Shown: one piece after another, positions 13,270-26,310 of the stretch
How the letters are laid out: each line of letters begins with the position of its first letter
Numbering within the stretch: position 1 is the stretch's first letter
Source of the DNA: Octopus bimaculoides
Taxonomy: Eukaryota
Direction: 5' to 3'
DNA: 64,000 nucleotides
NCBI RefSeq assembly: GCF_001194135.2
Contig: NC_068994.1
Coordinates: forward strand, 13,021,027 to 13,085,026
Program-made: the position numbers and the translations under genes
Notes under the pieces: model-generated
The model's input: only the letters and a program-made list of their open reading frames with translations
Told to the model about the DNA's origin: nothing
The model's database searches: none

Positions 13270-13800
13270 TACACTCTTATGGTAGTTGAGCCCCTATCAC
13301 TCCCTATGGAGCACTGGCTATCAACGGCTTTGCTCCACTGTTCTCGACTCTGGGGTGTTTTTTTCTGTTTTTCTCCAGTTGGATCCCTGCTTTTTTTTTT
13401 TTTAATTCAGCCTCGGTGTCCCACATCTCGCTATTTTCAGGGTATTCTCTCTTCCGCCTCCCTTCTGGGTTCCAAGTCAGGGCCTGATGTGTCATGTTTT
13501 CCCCTGAGAGATAGCCGCCTTCCCCTACCAGGTCTTTGTGGTTTTGAATTGTCACCAATGCTTTTGTAACTTTGCTTTTTATCTGGGTAGGAATGTTGGC
13601 CCAATGCGAATCCATTTTTACCTTTGGGAAGAGATGTTCAGTATTAGCTTGGCCTCTATCCTTTGATTTGTCCAGCACTGAAAGCCCTACCTGAAGCTTG
13701 CGCATCACTGGCATAGCTCTCAGGGTTATTCAGGCATGCAAGCTACCACATTATAACAAGGACTGGACCTTGTGGTGGATAGTTGAGCCTCATCAGCCGA
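13270..13800 (-). mobile_element. Degraded RTE-clade LINE 3' fragment
   Basis: THQALTWNPEGRRKR...DTEAELKK matches the RTE C-terminal TRQALTWNPEGKRKRGRP motif. Confidence 0.8.
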
Positions 13801-14183
13801 GATTGCCCTTGACAATGTGCATGAGGATTAAATTGCTTCCATGATGACTTATCCAAGAAAAACCATTGAAGGTTTGTTTCAATTCTCTCTTTCTCTCACG
13901 CTCTCCCCCCCCNNNNNNNNNNNNNNNNNNNNNNNNNNNNNNNNNNNNNNNNNNNNNNNNNNNNNNNNNNNNNNNNNNNNNNNNNNNNNNNNNNNNNNNN
14001 NNNNNNNNNNNNNNNNNNNNNNNNNNNNNNNNNNNNNNNNNNNNNNNNNNNNNNNNNNNNNNNNNNNNNNNNNNNNNNNNNNNNNNNNNNNNNNNNNNNN
14101 NNNNNNNNNNNNNNNNNNNNNNNNNNNNNNNNNNNNNNNNNNNNNNNNNNTCCCCCCTCTCTCTCCCCCCTCTCTCCTCCCTC

Positions 14184-14228
<45 letters not shown>

Positions 14229-14992
14229 AATCATCATCATTTAATGTCTGTATTCCATGCTGGTATTGGCTGAGCGATGTGTGACAAGTGCTAATAAGGC
14301 CGGGAACTGCACCAGGCTTCGTTGTCTGTTTCGGCATGTTTCGTACTGCTGGATGCCAACCACTTTACCGAGTGGACTGAGTGCTTTTTACATGGCACCA
14401 GCACTGACAGGGTCAACAAGCAACTTGCTAGACAAAACTTCTTGGCTGGGAGGTCGTGGGTTTGTGCCAGTTAAAAGATTTTTATATCAGTACATATTTT
14501 TAAGTACAATTATATATATATATGTATATATATTGCTGAAGCATTTTTCAAAGGTCGAGAAAAATGTTTTAGTATTGAAACAATTGTACAACTGTAAAAT
14601 AATTATTTCACCCATCCATTTTCACCACCCACTATTCCTGGGGGATCATTGTGGAAACCTCAAGCACCTTCTCCACAGGAGTTTTATCACTTTCCATGGG
14701 GTGGGGGTGGGGTCTTACCACCCACGGGGTCATTACACTTTCCTGATGGACTCTCAAGCATGACCATCTGAGACTGCAATCCTTCCTGCATCCTTTATTC
14801 TATTCCTTTCTTTTGTTTGTTTCAGTCATTTGACTGTGGCCATGCTAGAGCACCGCCTTTTAATCAAACAAATCGACCCGAGGACTTATTCTTTGTCAGC
14901 CTAGTACTTATTCTAGCGGACTCTTTTGCCGAACTGCTAAGTTATGGGGATGTAAACACACCAGCATCGGTTGTCAAGCGATGGTGGGGGAA

Positions 14993-15082
<90 letters not shown>

Positions 15083-17366
15083 TACATATATAGATATATA
15101 TATATATACTATGATGGGCTTCTTTCAGTTTCCATCTACCAAATCCACTTCCAAGGATTTGGTCAGTCCGAGGCTATTGTAGAAGACACTTACCCAAAGG
15201 TGCCACGCAGTGGGACTGAACCCAGAACCAAGTGGTTGGGAAGCAAGCTACTTACCACACAGCCACTCCTGCATGTGTTTATATATATATGAGTGTGTGT
15301 GTTAATTGCTATGAATGAAAAAAAGATACTCAATACCTTGAAGTAGAGAAAGAATTATTAAATTTAGTTGACTATAACCAGCACTGTTAGATACTTGTTT
15401 CACTGTAGAAATTGCATAAATCTTCAGTGTGCGATATTTGAATCTGAATTCTTTTTTTAAACATGGTGGGCTGAAGCGCCTGACAGTTTCTGTGAGGAAA
15501 CTAGCAACATGCCAGCATTGGATTATGTATGTAGATATATGTATGCGTGTGTGCTATGTACTTCCTTTTTCTGATTTTATTTTCTTAAATGTTATTCCTC
15601 TCTTTCTTTCTCTCTCTCTCATATATATCTCCAGCTGTCATAGATTTCTGTTCCTTTTTTCAGTAAAGTCTAAATATAAAAACAAAGTAGACAAAATATT
15701 GCTGTGAGGCAAGCATTCTGTCTTGAAGAGACACTGCTGACTAAAATCCAAGTTCTTCAAAAATCTCTGCTTACAGGAAAGGTTCGTGCCATGGGCAAAT
15801 TTCCTGTACATTCCACTTCTGCCGCCCTGTTTATTCCCACTTACTGCATGTCTGTCAGTTGTTCTTTATTATTAAAAGAGTTTTCTCTCTCTCTTTCTCT
15901 CTCTCTCTCTCCTCACATCTCACTCTTGCACATAGGGAACTAATTGTAACACATATATATTCATGCAGCTTAATGTCTATCTAGAACCATTGTTTTAAAG
16001 TTAATTTCCATCTTCTTCTTTTTCCATACACATGATAGTTAAGCTTTTGGGCAGTGGAATAGGAAGTCTTTAGGAAATCTAAATACTTCAAGCATCTCCC
16101 AGATGTAAATAATCAAAGTTAGCCATTTTTATGATTTTTTTATTTTTTCAATTCTAATTTCTTCATTAAGAGATACTGTCTTTAGCAGTGCACAATAACA
16201 GTAGTTGTAGTTTCATAGCATAGCCTTATTTTTGGCAGGGTGGGACAACTTAGGAAGTCCTAAATGACTCCAAAGTTCTCAATAACAGTAAAATTACTAT
16301 ACTAAGTAAAATCCATATATGTTAATTACACAAACAAGCTACTCTGTTTTTTAAAAAATTTTATTTACTTATTGCCTTCATCATAACCATTTTGTGTTTA
16401 AGGTACCAACAATTGTAGCTTATGGTTGGTGCAGATGTGGATTTGGCAAAGGTGTGGCTGTGTGGTTAAGAAGTTTGCTTCCCAACCACTTGGTTCTGGG
16501 TTCAATCCTCTTGTGTGGCAACTTGAGCAAGTCTCTTCTATTATAGATCTAGGCTGATTTAAAGCTGTGTGAGTGGAATTGATAGACAAAAACTGATAGA
16601 AGCTCATTGTAGATATAGTTATCAACCGAAAAATACTAAGGCCTAGTTTCATGCCTTTGATGATAAGACTAGGAACTTCATATATCAGCAGCGCCTGCGA
16701 GATTTGCGGAGTATTAGGGCTTGAGCAAACAAAATAATACAGAGTGGACACACGAAAGTAAACAACAGTAATTTGAAACAATAGACGAAGACAATAAATA
16801 AATATAGCCTTGGGGCCAAGCACGAGAATGATGGAGGCTTACAATGATGGAGAAATCCTCAAATGAATATAAAGAACAGAATTGAGAAGAGAAAAAAATT
16901 GACCAGCACACTAGGCGTCCAGTGGCAAAAAGGCAGAAGATAGAAAGATAGCCACTGTTCGCATGTGGGTAGCAGATAGAAGGGAAGGAGAGAGAGAGAG
17001 AGAGAACAGGGGAAGAAAGGGAGAAAGTCTACAATTAAGTATAAGAAGACGAGAGAGAGGGAGAGAGGAAGTAGAGTTGCTAGGAAAGGAATATTAAGGT
17101 GAGAGAGAAAGAAGGAGAGTCACAAAAAATGTAAACAAACTTACTCTCTTTCTTTTACTCTCTTTTACTTGTTTCAGTCATTTGACTGTGGCCATTCTGG
17201 AGCACCGCCTTTTAGTCGAGCAAATTGACCCTAGGACTTATTCTTTGGAAGCCTAGTACTTATTCTATCGACTTCTTTTGCCGAACTACTAAGTTACGGG
17301 GACGTAAACACACCACCTTCAGTTGTCAAGCGATGTTGGGGGGACAAACAGACACAAACATATACG

Positions 17367-17397
<31 letters not shown>

Positions 17398-17502
17398 NNN
17401 NNNNNNNNNNNNNNNNNNNNNNNNNNNNNNNNNNNNNNNNNNNNNNNNNNNNNNNNNNNNNNNNNNNNNNNNNNNNNNNNNNNNNNNNNNNNNNNNNATA
17501 TA

Positions 17503-17534
<32 letters not shown>

Positions 17535-18120
17535 CATACACACAAAACATATGCACATATCTATATCTATATACACACATACACAATGGGTTTCTACATA
17601 CATTTTGTCTATCAAATTCACTTATAAGGGCATTGGTCAGCTCAGAGTTATAGCAGAAGACACTTGCCCAAAGTGCTTGCTGCACAGTGGGACTGAACCC
17701 AAAACCATGTGGTTGCAAAGCGAGTTTCTAAACCACACAGCCATGCTTATAAAGTAAATATAAATATTGAAACAGGGATTTTTAAAATTATTTTTATTTT
17801 AAATAGATAAAAGAAAACAACACACTGAATGCACTTGGCACCTTTTGTTTTTTTTCTCTTTCCTTCCTTTCACTTTTCTCCAGTCACCTTATTGAGCACT
17901 CTAAGACAAACTGTTTTTTCTGTTTTTCTTATGAGCCGTATCAACAGCTTTCTTTTGATTCTTGGTTGAAAGAATTTAAGCTAATTAATTTAATTTAAGC
18001 AAATATCTTTTGAGAAGGGAGCATGAATATCACCCAGTGTCATTCTCTTTTTCTATAAATTTATGGTCTTGCATTGGAATATATTCTTGGAGCATAATAG
18101 GAGGTACTGGATGGGTGGAA

Positions 18121-18668
18121 TTATCAAAGCATTCTTGTCTGTCTTTACATTCTGAGTTCAAATTCTGCCGAGGTCGACTTTGCCTTTCATCCTTTTGGAG
18201 TCGATAAATTAAGTACCAGTTCTGTACTGGGGTTGATCTAATCGACTGCCCCCCCCCCCTCCGCTATAATTTCGGGCCTTGTGCCTAGAGTAGAAAATAA
18301 TTATTAAAGCATTCTTATCTGTCCTTACATTATGAGTTCAAATTCCGCCGAGGTTGACTCTGCCTTTCATCCTTTTGGGAGTCAATAAATTAAGTACCAG
18401 TTGTGTACTCGGGTCGATCTAATCAACTGGCCCCCTCCCCTATAATTTCGGGCCTTGTGCCTAGAGTAGAAAATAATTATTAAAGCATTCTTATCTGTCC
18501 TTACATTATGAGTTCAAATTCTGCCGAGGTTGACTTTGCCTTTCATCCTTTTGGGGTCGATAAATTAAGTACCAGTTCTGTACTGGGGTTGATCTAATCG
18601 ACTGCCCCCCCCCCTCCGCTATAATTTTGGGCCTTGTGCCTAGAGTAGAAACGAATTATTAAAGCATT
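18121..18668 (+). repeat. Tandem triplication of a ~180-bp family-C SINE fragment
   Basis: Three head-to-tail units starting near 18121, 18301 and 18479. Confidence 0.92.
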
Positions 18669-20096
18669 TTCAACAAAATGCTTTGCAGTATTTTGTAGTG
18701 GCTCCTTGCATTCTGAATTTAGCATTTTAGTATTTAAATTGCCCGTATCTAGCCCAAATATCCTCTCTGTTTTATATTCAAACTAGCCTGATTNNNNNNN
18801 NNNNNNCTTGAATCTATGATTTATCCTTTACTTGTTTCAGTCATTGGACTGTAGCCAAGCTGAGGTACTATCTTGAAGGGCTTGGTCGAACTAATCAACC
18901 CCTGTACTTATTTTTTTTTTTTAAGCCTGGAACTTAGCAGTTCAACAGAAAAGACTGACAGAATAAGTTACAGGATGTAAACAAACCAACACTGGTTATC
19001 AAGTGGTGGTGGTGGGAGGACAAACACAAAGACAGACATACACACGCACATGGGCTTCTTTCAGTTTCCGTCCACCAAATCCACTCACAAGGCTTTGGTC
19101 GGCCCAAGGCTATAGTAGAAGACACTTGCCCAAGGTGCCACGCAGTGGGACTGAACCCGGAAACATGTGGTTGGTAAGCAAGCTACTTACGACACAGCCA
19201 CTCCTGCGCCTAACAATTTTTTTTTATACAATTCCTAATAATATTTAATTATAAAAAATATTACAGGAATTTTTAAACAACAAATGGCTTTGGGGTACAT
19301 CTGAGTGAAATAGATAGGACTCAAAGGATTCCATTGATAAAAAATGGTCGAGAAACACTGAATTAGAGCAATGTCACCTATAGAACTCACCATGTATTGT
19401 TTTTGTTTTCTAGTTTGTTTGGGTTTTTTTTTTTTTGGAGGGGGAGTAGTGCATCTTATATGCCATCAAATTTTGTAACTTTTATACATAAAATGATTCA
19501 CCAGCCATCTGCATGCATAATTTAGAAGAGTTTTATTTATTTAAAGAAAGTTTTTTTTTCTTTCTCTTATTTTAGTCCTTGGAAAATTATTTTGCTGCTC
19601 TCCTCTCTCTTTCTCTCTCATGCACACACACACACACACAGTAGTTGCATGCTCCAACATGAACTAAATTTTTTCTCTAATTTTTTTTTAATGTAGATTT
19701 TATGAATATCAATGCAAACCATATTTGGACTGTGCTATTTTTTTTGTCTAGTTTTATATTTAGTGAATTTTTATATCTACATTATTGTAAAAATTAGTTT
19801 AGTTTTTTTTTTCTCTCTCTCTCTCTTTATTTTTTAATTTTGTTTGTAAGAACTCTTTTAACTCTTCAACTGCAAAATTAGGTTTATTCCAGTAATGATG
19901 TTAAAAATATTCGCAAAAAAAAAAAAAAAAAAAAAAAAAAGAAATAGAATCGGTGCTTTCTGCAAGTCACATTGCCCCAATAAATTTGGCCATATCTCAA
20001 CAGAAAATAATTTCAAACATGGCATTCATCAACAAAAGATATCTTGGTTACACAAAACTGCTTTCCACAGTTAAAAGCAATGAAACTTTTAGTGGA

Positions 20097-20516
20097 TAGG
20101 CGCGGAAGTGGCTGTGTGGTAAGTAGCTTGCTTACCAACCACATGGTTCCAGGTTCAGTCCCACTGCGTGGCACCTTGGGTAAGTGTCTTCTACTATAGC
20201 CTCGGGCCGACCAAAGCCTTGTGAGTGGATTTAGTAGACGGAAACTGAAAGAAGCCCGTCGTATATATATATATATATGTATATGTATGTGATGTGTGTG
20301 TGTGTGTATGTTTGTGTGTCTGTGTTTGTCCCCCCAGCATAGCTTGACAACTGATGGTGGTGTGTTTACGTCCCCGTAACTTAGTGGTTCGGCAAAAGAA
20401 ACCAATAGAATAAGTACTAGGCTTACAAAGAATAAGTCCTGGGGTCGATTAGCTCGACTAAAAGGTGATGCTCCAGCACGGCCACAGTCAAATGACTGAA
20501 ACAAGTAAAAGAGTAA
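20097..20516 (+). mobile_element. tRNA-derived SINE family A, full copy (CORE-like segment, central microsatellite, tail type i)
   Basis: A-box tggctgtgtggt, B-box ggttcagtccc, ccttggg[c/t]aagtgtcttct core, (TA/TG)n centre, tail ending gactgaaacaagtaaaagag; many other copies, e.g. 3178-3731(-), 10905-11300(+), 14805-15275(-), 17140-17750(-), 18826-19210(-), 21365-21712(-), 27195-27597(-). Confidence 0.9.
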
Positions 20517-20554
20517 CCAGATAATTTATTCTGGATAATAAATGGTATTGTAAA

Positions 20555-20741
20555 TACTGTATTTTCTAGCATACAAGTCAAACTTTTCAGACCAAAATTA
20601 ATCACCAAAGCAGATAGGTCAACTTATACACCACAATGACTTTGGAGGACCAAAAATCCTGTGTGAAATGCAGTAGTAATTGGAAAGACATTGACAATGT
20701 TTCTATATACTGTCAACTAGTATGCTAAAAAAAATACAGTA
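20555..20741. mobile_element. pogo/Tigger-like MITE
   Basis: TA|ctgtattttctagcatac ... gtatgctaaaaaaaatacag|TA; partial relative at 22155-22182. Confidence 0.75.
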
Positions 20742-20906
20742 GTTTTTCATTGGGAGCTGTTCTAACGGCACCAAAAGTGATTAGAAGACAAAACTAGCAT
20801 CAAAAATCATTATCCTTATCACTAAATTGTTGCATTTGCATGTTCCCTTGATGAAGTGTAGCCTCAAAGTTGTTTTAGAATAAGACCAGATATACTTATC
20901 TGTCTA

Positions 20907-21295
20907 GTGGAAGCTCAATGGCTCAGTGGTTAGGGCAGCGAACTCGTGGTCATAGGATCACGGTTTCGATCTCCAGACCGGGCGTTGTCAGTGTTTATTG
21001 AACGAAAAACACCTAAAAGCTCCACGAGGCTCCGGCAGGGGATGGTGGTGAACCCTGCTGTACTCTTTCACCACAACTTTCTCTCACTCTTATTTCCTGT
21101 TTCTGTTGTGCCTGTAATTCAAAGGGTCAGCCTTGTCACACTGTGTCATGCTGAATATCTCCGAGAACTACGCTAAGGGTACACGTGTCTGTGGAGTGCT
21201 CAGCCACTTGCACGTTAATTTCACGAGCAGGCTGTTCCATTGATCAGATCAACTGGAACCCTCGTCGTCGGAAGCGACGGAGTACCAACAACAAC
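20907..21295 (+). mobile_element. tRNA-derived SINE family B with (AAC)n tail and 13-bp TSD
   Basis: tggctcagtggtt A-box, ggtttcgatctcc B-box; TSD acttatctgtcta at 20894-20906 and 21294-21306. Confidence 0.92.
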
Positions 21296-21518
21296 TTATC
21301 TGTCTACCTGTTGGTTACAATTAGAAAATTGTCTTTTGTTTGTTTGTTTTGCTGATTGTCATGTTTTTATCTTTTACTGGTTTCAGTCATTGGACTGCGA
21401 CCATGCTAGAACACCTTGAAGGGTTTAGTCAAGGTTCTTTTTCTATCAGTTTCTTTTGCTGAAACTACTAAGTTATGGGGATGTAAACAAACCAACACCA
21501 GTTGTCAAGTGGTAGGGG

Positions 21519-21554
<36 letters not shown>

Positions 21555-22229
21555 ACTATGAGCTTCCATGCACTTTCTGTCTACCAAATTCACTCAGAAG
21601 GCATTGGTTGTCTTGGCTATAGTTTAGACACTCACCCAAGATGCCACACAGTAGGACTGAACCTGAAACAACATGATTGCAAAGCAAGCTTCCTAACCAC
21701 ACAGCCAAATATGTGTTTAATAGCTGTTTCTAGTAAGGCACAAGGCCTGCAATATCAAGGTGCTGGGTGGTCAATATCATTGACTCACAATGCTAAACTG
21801 GTAATCAACTCCAGAAGGATGAAAAGCAAAGTTGACGTCAACAGGATTTAAACTCAAAACATAAAGAGCCAGAACAAATACCACAAAGCAATTTTGCTTT
21901 CAACTTCTGCCAACCCAGCGTCCCATGCAATATAACCTCAGTTGTGTATTTTCTAATATTTTTCTCTTATTTTTCCTTTTTCTTTTTTCTATGTTTTCTT
22001 TTTAAATTACTTCCAAACCATCGTTGAGATATATGATAATTAATCGATGTGATTATTCTAATTGATAATTTTTCAGTTAATTAGCCCTCCGCCTTTCCTG
22101 TGCATCACATGTAATATATGGGACATATTTCCCTGACGTCCATGCATCATATATCATATTTTCTGGCATACAAGTCAACATAATACATAATATAAACATT
22201 CAAACATTGTCATTACCTTACATTATTTA

Positions 22230-22352
22230 CGAAAACTAAAAGAAGCAACACATATGCTAGGACACAACAACCTCCTAAGCAGACCGAGTGCAGATATGAA
22301 TAGCATATGGGAACCGGTATTGAGGAAAGATAGAAAAATAATAGATTTATAA
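22230..22352 (+). mobile_element. Penelope-like element, GIY-YIG C-terminal fragment
   Basis: RKLKEATHMLGHNNLLSRPSADMNSIWEPVLRKDRKIIDL* fits the PLE pattern RxIKEAxxI...WxPxL. Confidence 0.65.
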
Positions 22353-23189
22353 GCCCTAAAATTCACTCCATAATTGCCCATGGGCATATGGCGTAGTGGT
22401 TAAGAGCACTTATTTTGACTGTAAGTTTTGCTCAGAAAAATTCAACTTGTATGCCTGAAAATACAGTATTATACATATTCCTATTATTTTCTCCGCCACT
22501 ATTAACTTAGTACCTTTGAAAGAAAAGGTTTATGTTACTCAGAACATGTGAAACAAAGGCTAATGAACGATCTAAAAACAAGCATGGACGTTTAGAACAA
22601 ACTTATGGAAATGCTTTGGACAGACAGAGGGTTAAAACTCTTCTAATGCCACATTCTTTTTCTTGATTTGATTTTGTTTCCCCTTTCACAGATCACAACT
22701 ACTGGCTGTGCCGTGTAATGGTTACTACTATTAATACTACAATTATTATTACTAATACTATTATATGTAATTTGTGTTAGCTGTAAATATTTTTATCAAT
22801 GTATGTCTGTAAGCCTTTCCATAGTAAACTGTTTTATGCTGCAATTACTATATATATTACAACATATATAATTACTGGATATAACAAAGCATAGTTGTGT
22901 GATGAAGCAGTTTGCTTTGCAAATTTGGGGCTATAATACAAGGCATTTTAAGGGTCTTCTAATAACCTCAAATTCACTCACAAAGCTGATCAGTGCCTTG
23001 TGAATGAATTTTGGAGTCAAAAACTGCGGGAAATTTCTGTAGGTGTGTGTGTGGTATGTGAGTTAGACAAATGTGCATGAATGTTGATATTTCAGGTTTG
23101 TCACTGAGTGAAATGGTGATGTTGACGTTAAGACTGGTTGTTCTGTACTTTTGAGGACCTCTGGAATAAAAAAAAAAATGTCCCTTACT

Positions 23190-23647
23190 TGAAAAATGGA
23201 TAAGGGTTGGTGGTAGAGATGAATTCTTGATGCACAATACCACATTTCTGGAGGTGTCACTTGTGGCAGGTCTTCCAGATTGCCCACTGTCTTCCAGAGA
23301 CATTCTTCCACTTTTGAAGTGCCCATGCCACTCAAAACATTGTGTACAATCCATTGCCTTTCACCTTAAGCTTACCAAAACATGCTAAATGTCTCTGTAA
23401 CAGACTTCTCGAGTTTAAAACAAAATTTCACATTGGTTCTTTGTTCCTATCCAAGACAAAATCTCACATGACAGCATACACATGGTCAAAATTACACAAA
23501 TTTCATAACTTGCAAAGTAAACACAGCAATGTCACTCAGCACACTGCTTCATGAAGGTCACTGCTAGCTCTTACTGTGCATGCAACCATGTGCTGCCATC
23601 TATTGGCACACTACAGAACTAATCCAGGAACTTTTTGATGCAACACG

Positions 23648-23649
<2 letters not shown>
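23190..23649 (-). mobile_element. Mariner transposon, internally deleted and degraded
   Basis: TA|cgtgttgcatcaaaaagttcc TIR-like end; EQRTNVKFCFKL...TQCFEWHGHFKSGRMSLED...SGRP HTH joined to GIVHQEF. Confidence 0.82.
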
Positions 23650-23678
<29 letters not shown>

Positions 23679-24761
23679 NNNNNNNNNNNNNNNNNNNNNN
23701 NNNNNNNNNNNNNNNNNNNNNNNNNNNNNNNNNNNNNNNNNNNNNNNNNNNNNNNNNNNNNNNNNNNNNNNNNNNNNNNNNNNNNNNNNNNNNNNNNNNN
23801 NNNNNNNNNNNNNNNNNNNNNNNNNNNNNNNNNNNNNNNNNNNNNNNNNNNNNNNNNNNNNNNNNNNNNNNNNNNNNNNNNNNNNNNNNNNNNNNNNNNN
23901 NNNNNNNNNNNNNNNNNNNNNNNNNNNNNNNNNNNNNNNNNNNNNNNNNNNNNNNNNNNNNNNNNNNNNNNNNNNNNNNNNNNNNNNNNNNNNNNNNNNN
24001 NNNNNNNNNNNNNNNNNNNNNNNNNNNNNNNNNNNNNNNNNNNNNNNNNNNNNNNNNNNNNNNNNNNNNNNNNNNNNNNNNNNNNNNNNNNNNNNNNNNN
24101 NNNNNNNNNNNNNNNNNNNNNNNNNNNNNNNNNNNNNNNNNNNNNNNNNNNNNNNNNNNNNNNNNNNNNNNNNNNNNNNNNNNNNNNNNNNNNNNNNNNN
24201 NNNNNNNNNNNNNNNNNNNNNNNNNNNNNNNNNNNNNNNNNNNNNNNNNNNNNNNNNNNNNNNNNNNNNNNNNNNNNNNNNNNNNNNNNNNNNNAAAAGG
24301 ACGTGTGCGTTCAATAATGTAATAATACAAAGAGTATATATACATGTATACACACATATATGTACATACTTACATCTACATGTGTATATACATGCATATC
24401 AGGGTACAGGACGTTAGAACAATAAACTACAGACAACGGGACGAACATATAGGAAAACGGAAAGCCACTTGGAATATCCCTTCATCAGCTGTCTCTATTC
24501 TATCTAGACGTTTCAAAGATAAGACAGAACGTACTCTAGAATAGTCTCTTCCTGAGTAGTGGATCAACCCACTACACAGAGGATTCCAAGGTGGCAAACA
24601 CAAACCAAGACAGGAAAAAATGGACAGTGAAAACAACTATACATATACATATATTTATATATATATATTTTACTCTGTGAAACTTAATCTAATTTTAATT
24701 TTTAATAAATTGATTTTAATTGAGATTTTACCTGTAATTTTGGATTTTATCCCTAATATTA

Positions 24762-24798
<37 letters not shown>

Positions 24799-25668
24799 CA
24801 GAAAATGAATAGAAGAGGCTTTTCTGATAATTTTTCCACTTTAATAATTAGATGTTTATGAGATTAAACTTGTAAACGTCTTTATTAAAGTATAAAAGTT
24901 ATCAGAAAAGCCATTTCTATTCATTTTTTTTTTCCAAATATATAATACTGCATCAAGGACTTTCTATTTCTTATTCTACTGTGTATGTGTGTGTGATTGT
25001 GAGTATGTATGTGTGTATATTTGTATATGTGCTCATATATAAATATACATATAAACACTATAGACTTCCACACAGTTTCACACACAAAAGGCATTAATCA
25101 GCCTGGGGCTATAGCAGAAGACACTCACCCAAGATGTCACACAGTAGGACTGAACCTAAACCACATTTTGCAAAGCAAGCTTCTTAACCACATGGCCATA
25201 CTTGCATCCATAAATTTTTATTTTTCTCACTTATTTTCAGCTTTAAATGTTTTTTTTTTTGTATAACTTGTTTAAATATACACCATGAATGCAGAAATGG
25301 AATGAATATTGTATAAATATCATTGATGATGTGTTACTGAAGAGCTGACTGTCTCTGTCTTTGGCTGGTCTAGTGGATGGAGGCCAATGATAACAGACAG
25401 ACCTGCTTGTTGGCACCAGTGATAATGACAAAATTGACCTTTGGACAATGTTTTGATTTTAATTAGTATTAATTATATATTATTTATATTGTTTCACTTC
25501 CCTCTATATCTGTGTATGCATATATTTATATATATACATACATACATGCATACATATATATATATATTTATATGCATATATTATGCACATATATGCTCCC
25601 TCTCTGTTAGAAGGCACAAGCACTTACACACACTGCGGTAACTTCTGCCTACTAAATTCAATTACAAA

Positions 25669-25734
<66 letters not shown>

Positions 25735-26310
25735 NNNNNNNNNNNNNNNNNNNNNNNNNNNNNNNNNNNNNNNNNNNNNNNNNNNNNNNNNNNNNNNNNN
25801 NNNNNNNNNNNNNNNNNNNNNNNNNNNNNNNNNNNNNNNNNNNNNNNNNNNNNNNNNNNNNNNNNNNNNNNNNNNNNNNNNNNNNNNNNNNNNNNNNNNN
25901 NNNNNNNNNNNNNNNNNNNNNNNNNNNNNNNNNNNNNNNNNNNNNNNNNNNNNNNNNNNNNNNNNNNNNNNNNNNNNNNNNNNNNNNNNNNNNNNNNNNN
26001 NNNNNNNNNNNNNNNNNNNNNNNNNNNNNNNNNNNNNNNNNNNNNNNNNNNNNNNNNNNNNNNNNNNNNNNNNNNNNNNNNNNNNNNNNNNNNNNNNNNN
26101 NNNNNNNNNNNNNNNNNNNNNNNNNNNNNNNNNNNNNNNNNNNNNNNNNNNNNNNNNNNNNNNNNNNNNNNNNNNNNNNNNNNNNNNNNNNNNNNNNNNN
26201 NNNNNNNNNNNNNNNNNNNNNNNNNNNNNNNNNNNNNNNNNNNNNNNNNNNNNNNNNNNNNNNNNNNNNNNNNNNNNCCCATGCCAGGATGGAATAGAAT
26301 ATGTTACGAT

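Noticed and set aside
25320-25350. TGATGA...CTGA as a C/D snoRNA
   Set aside because: Boxes only ~20 nt apart and no terminal stem.
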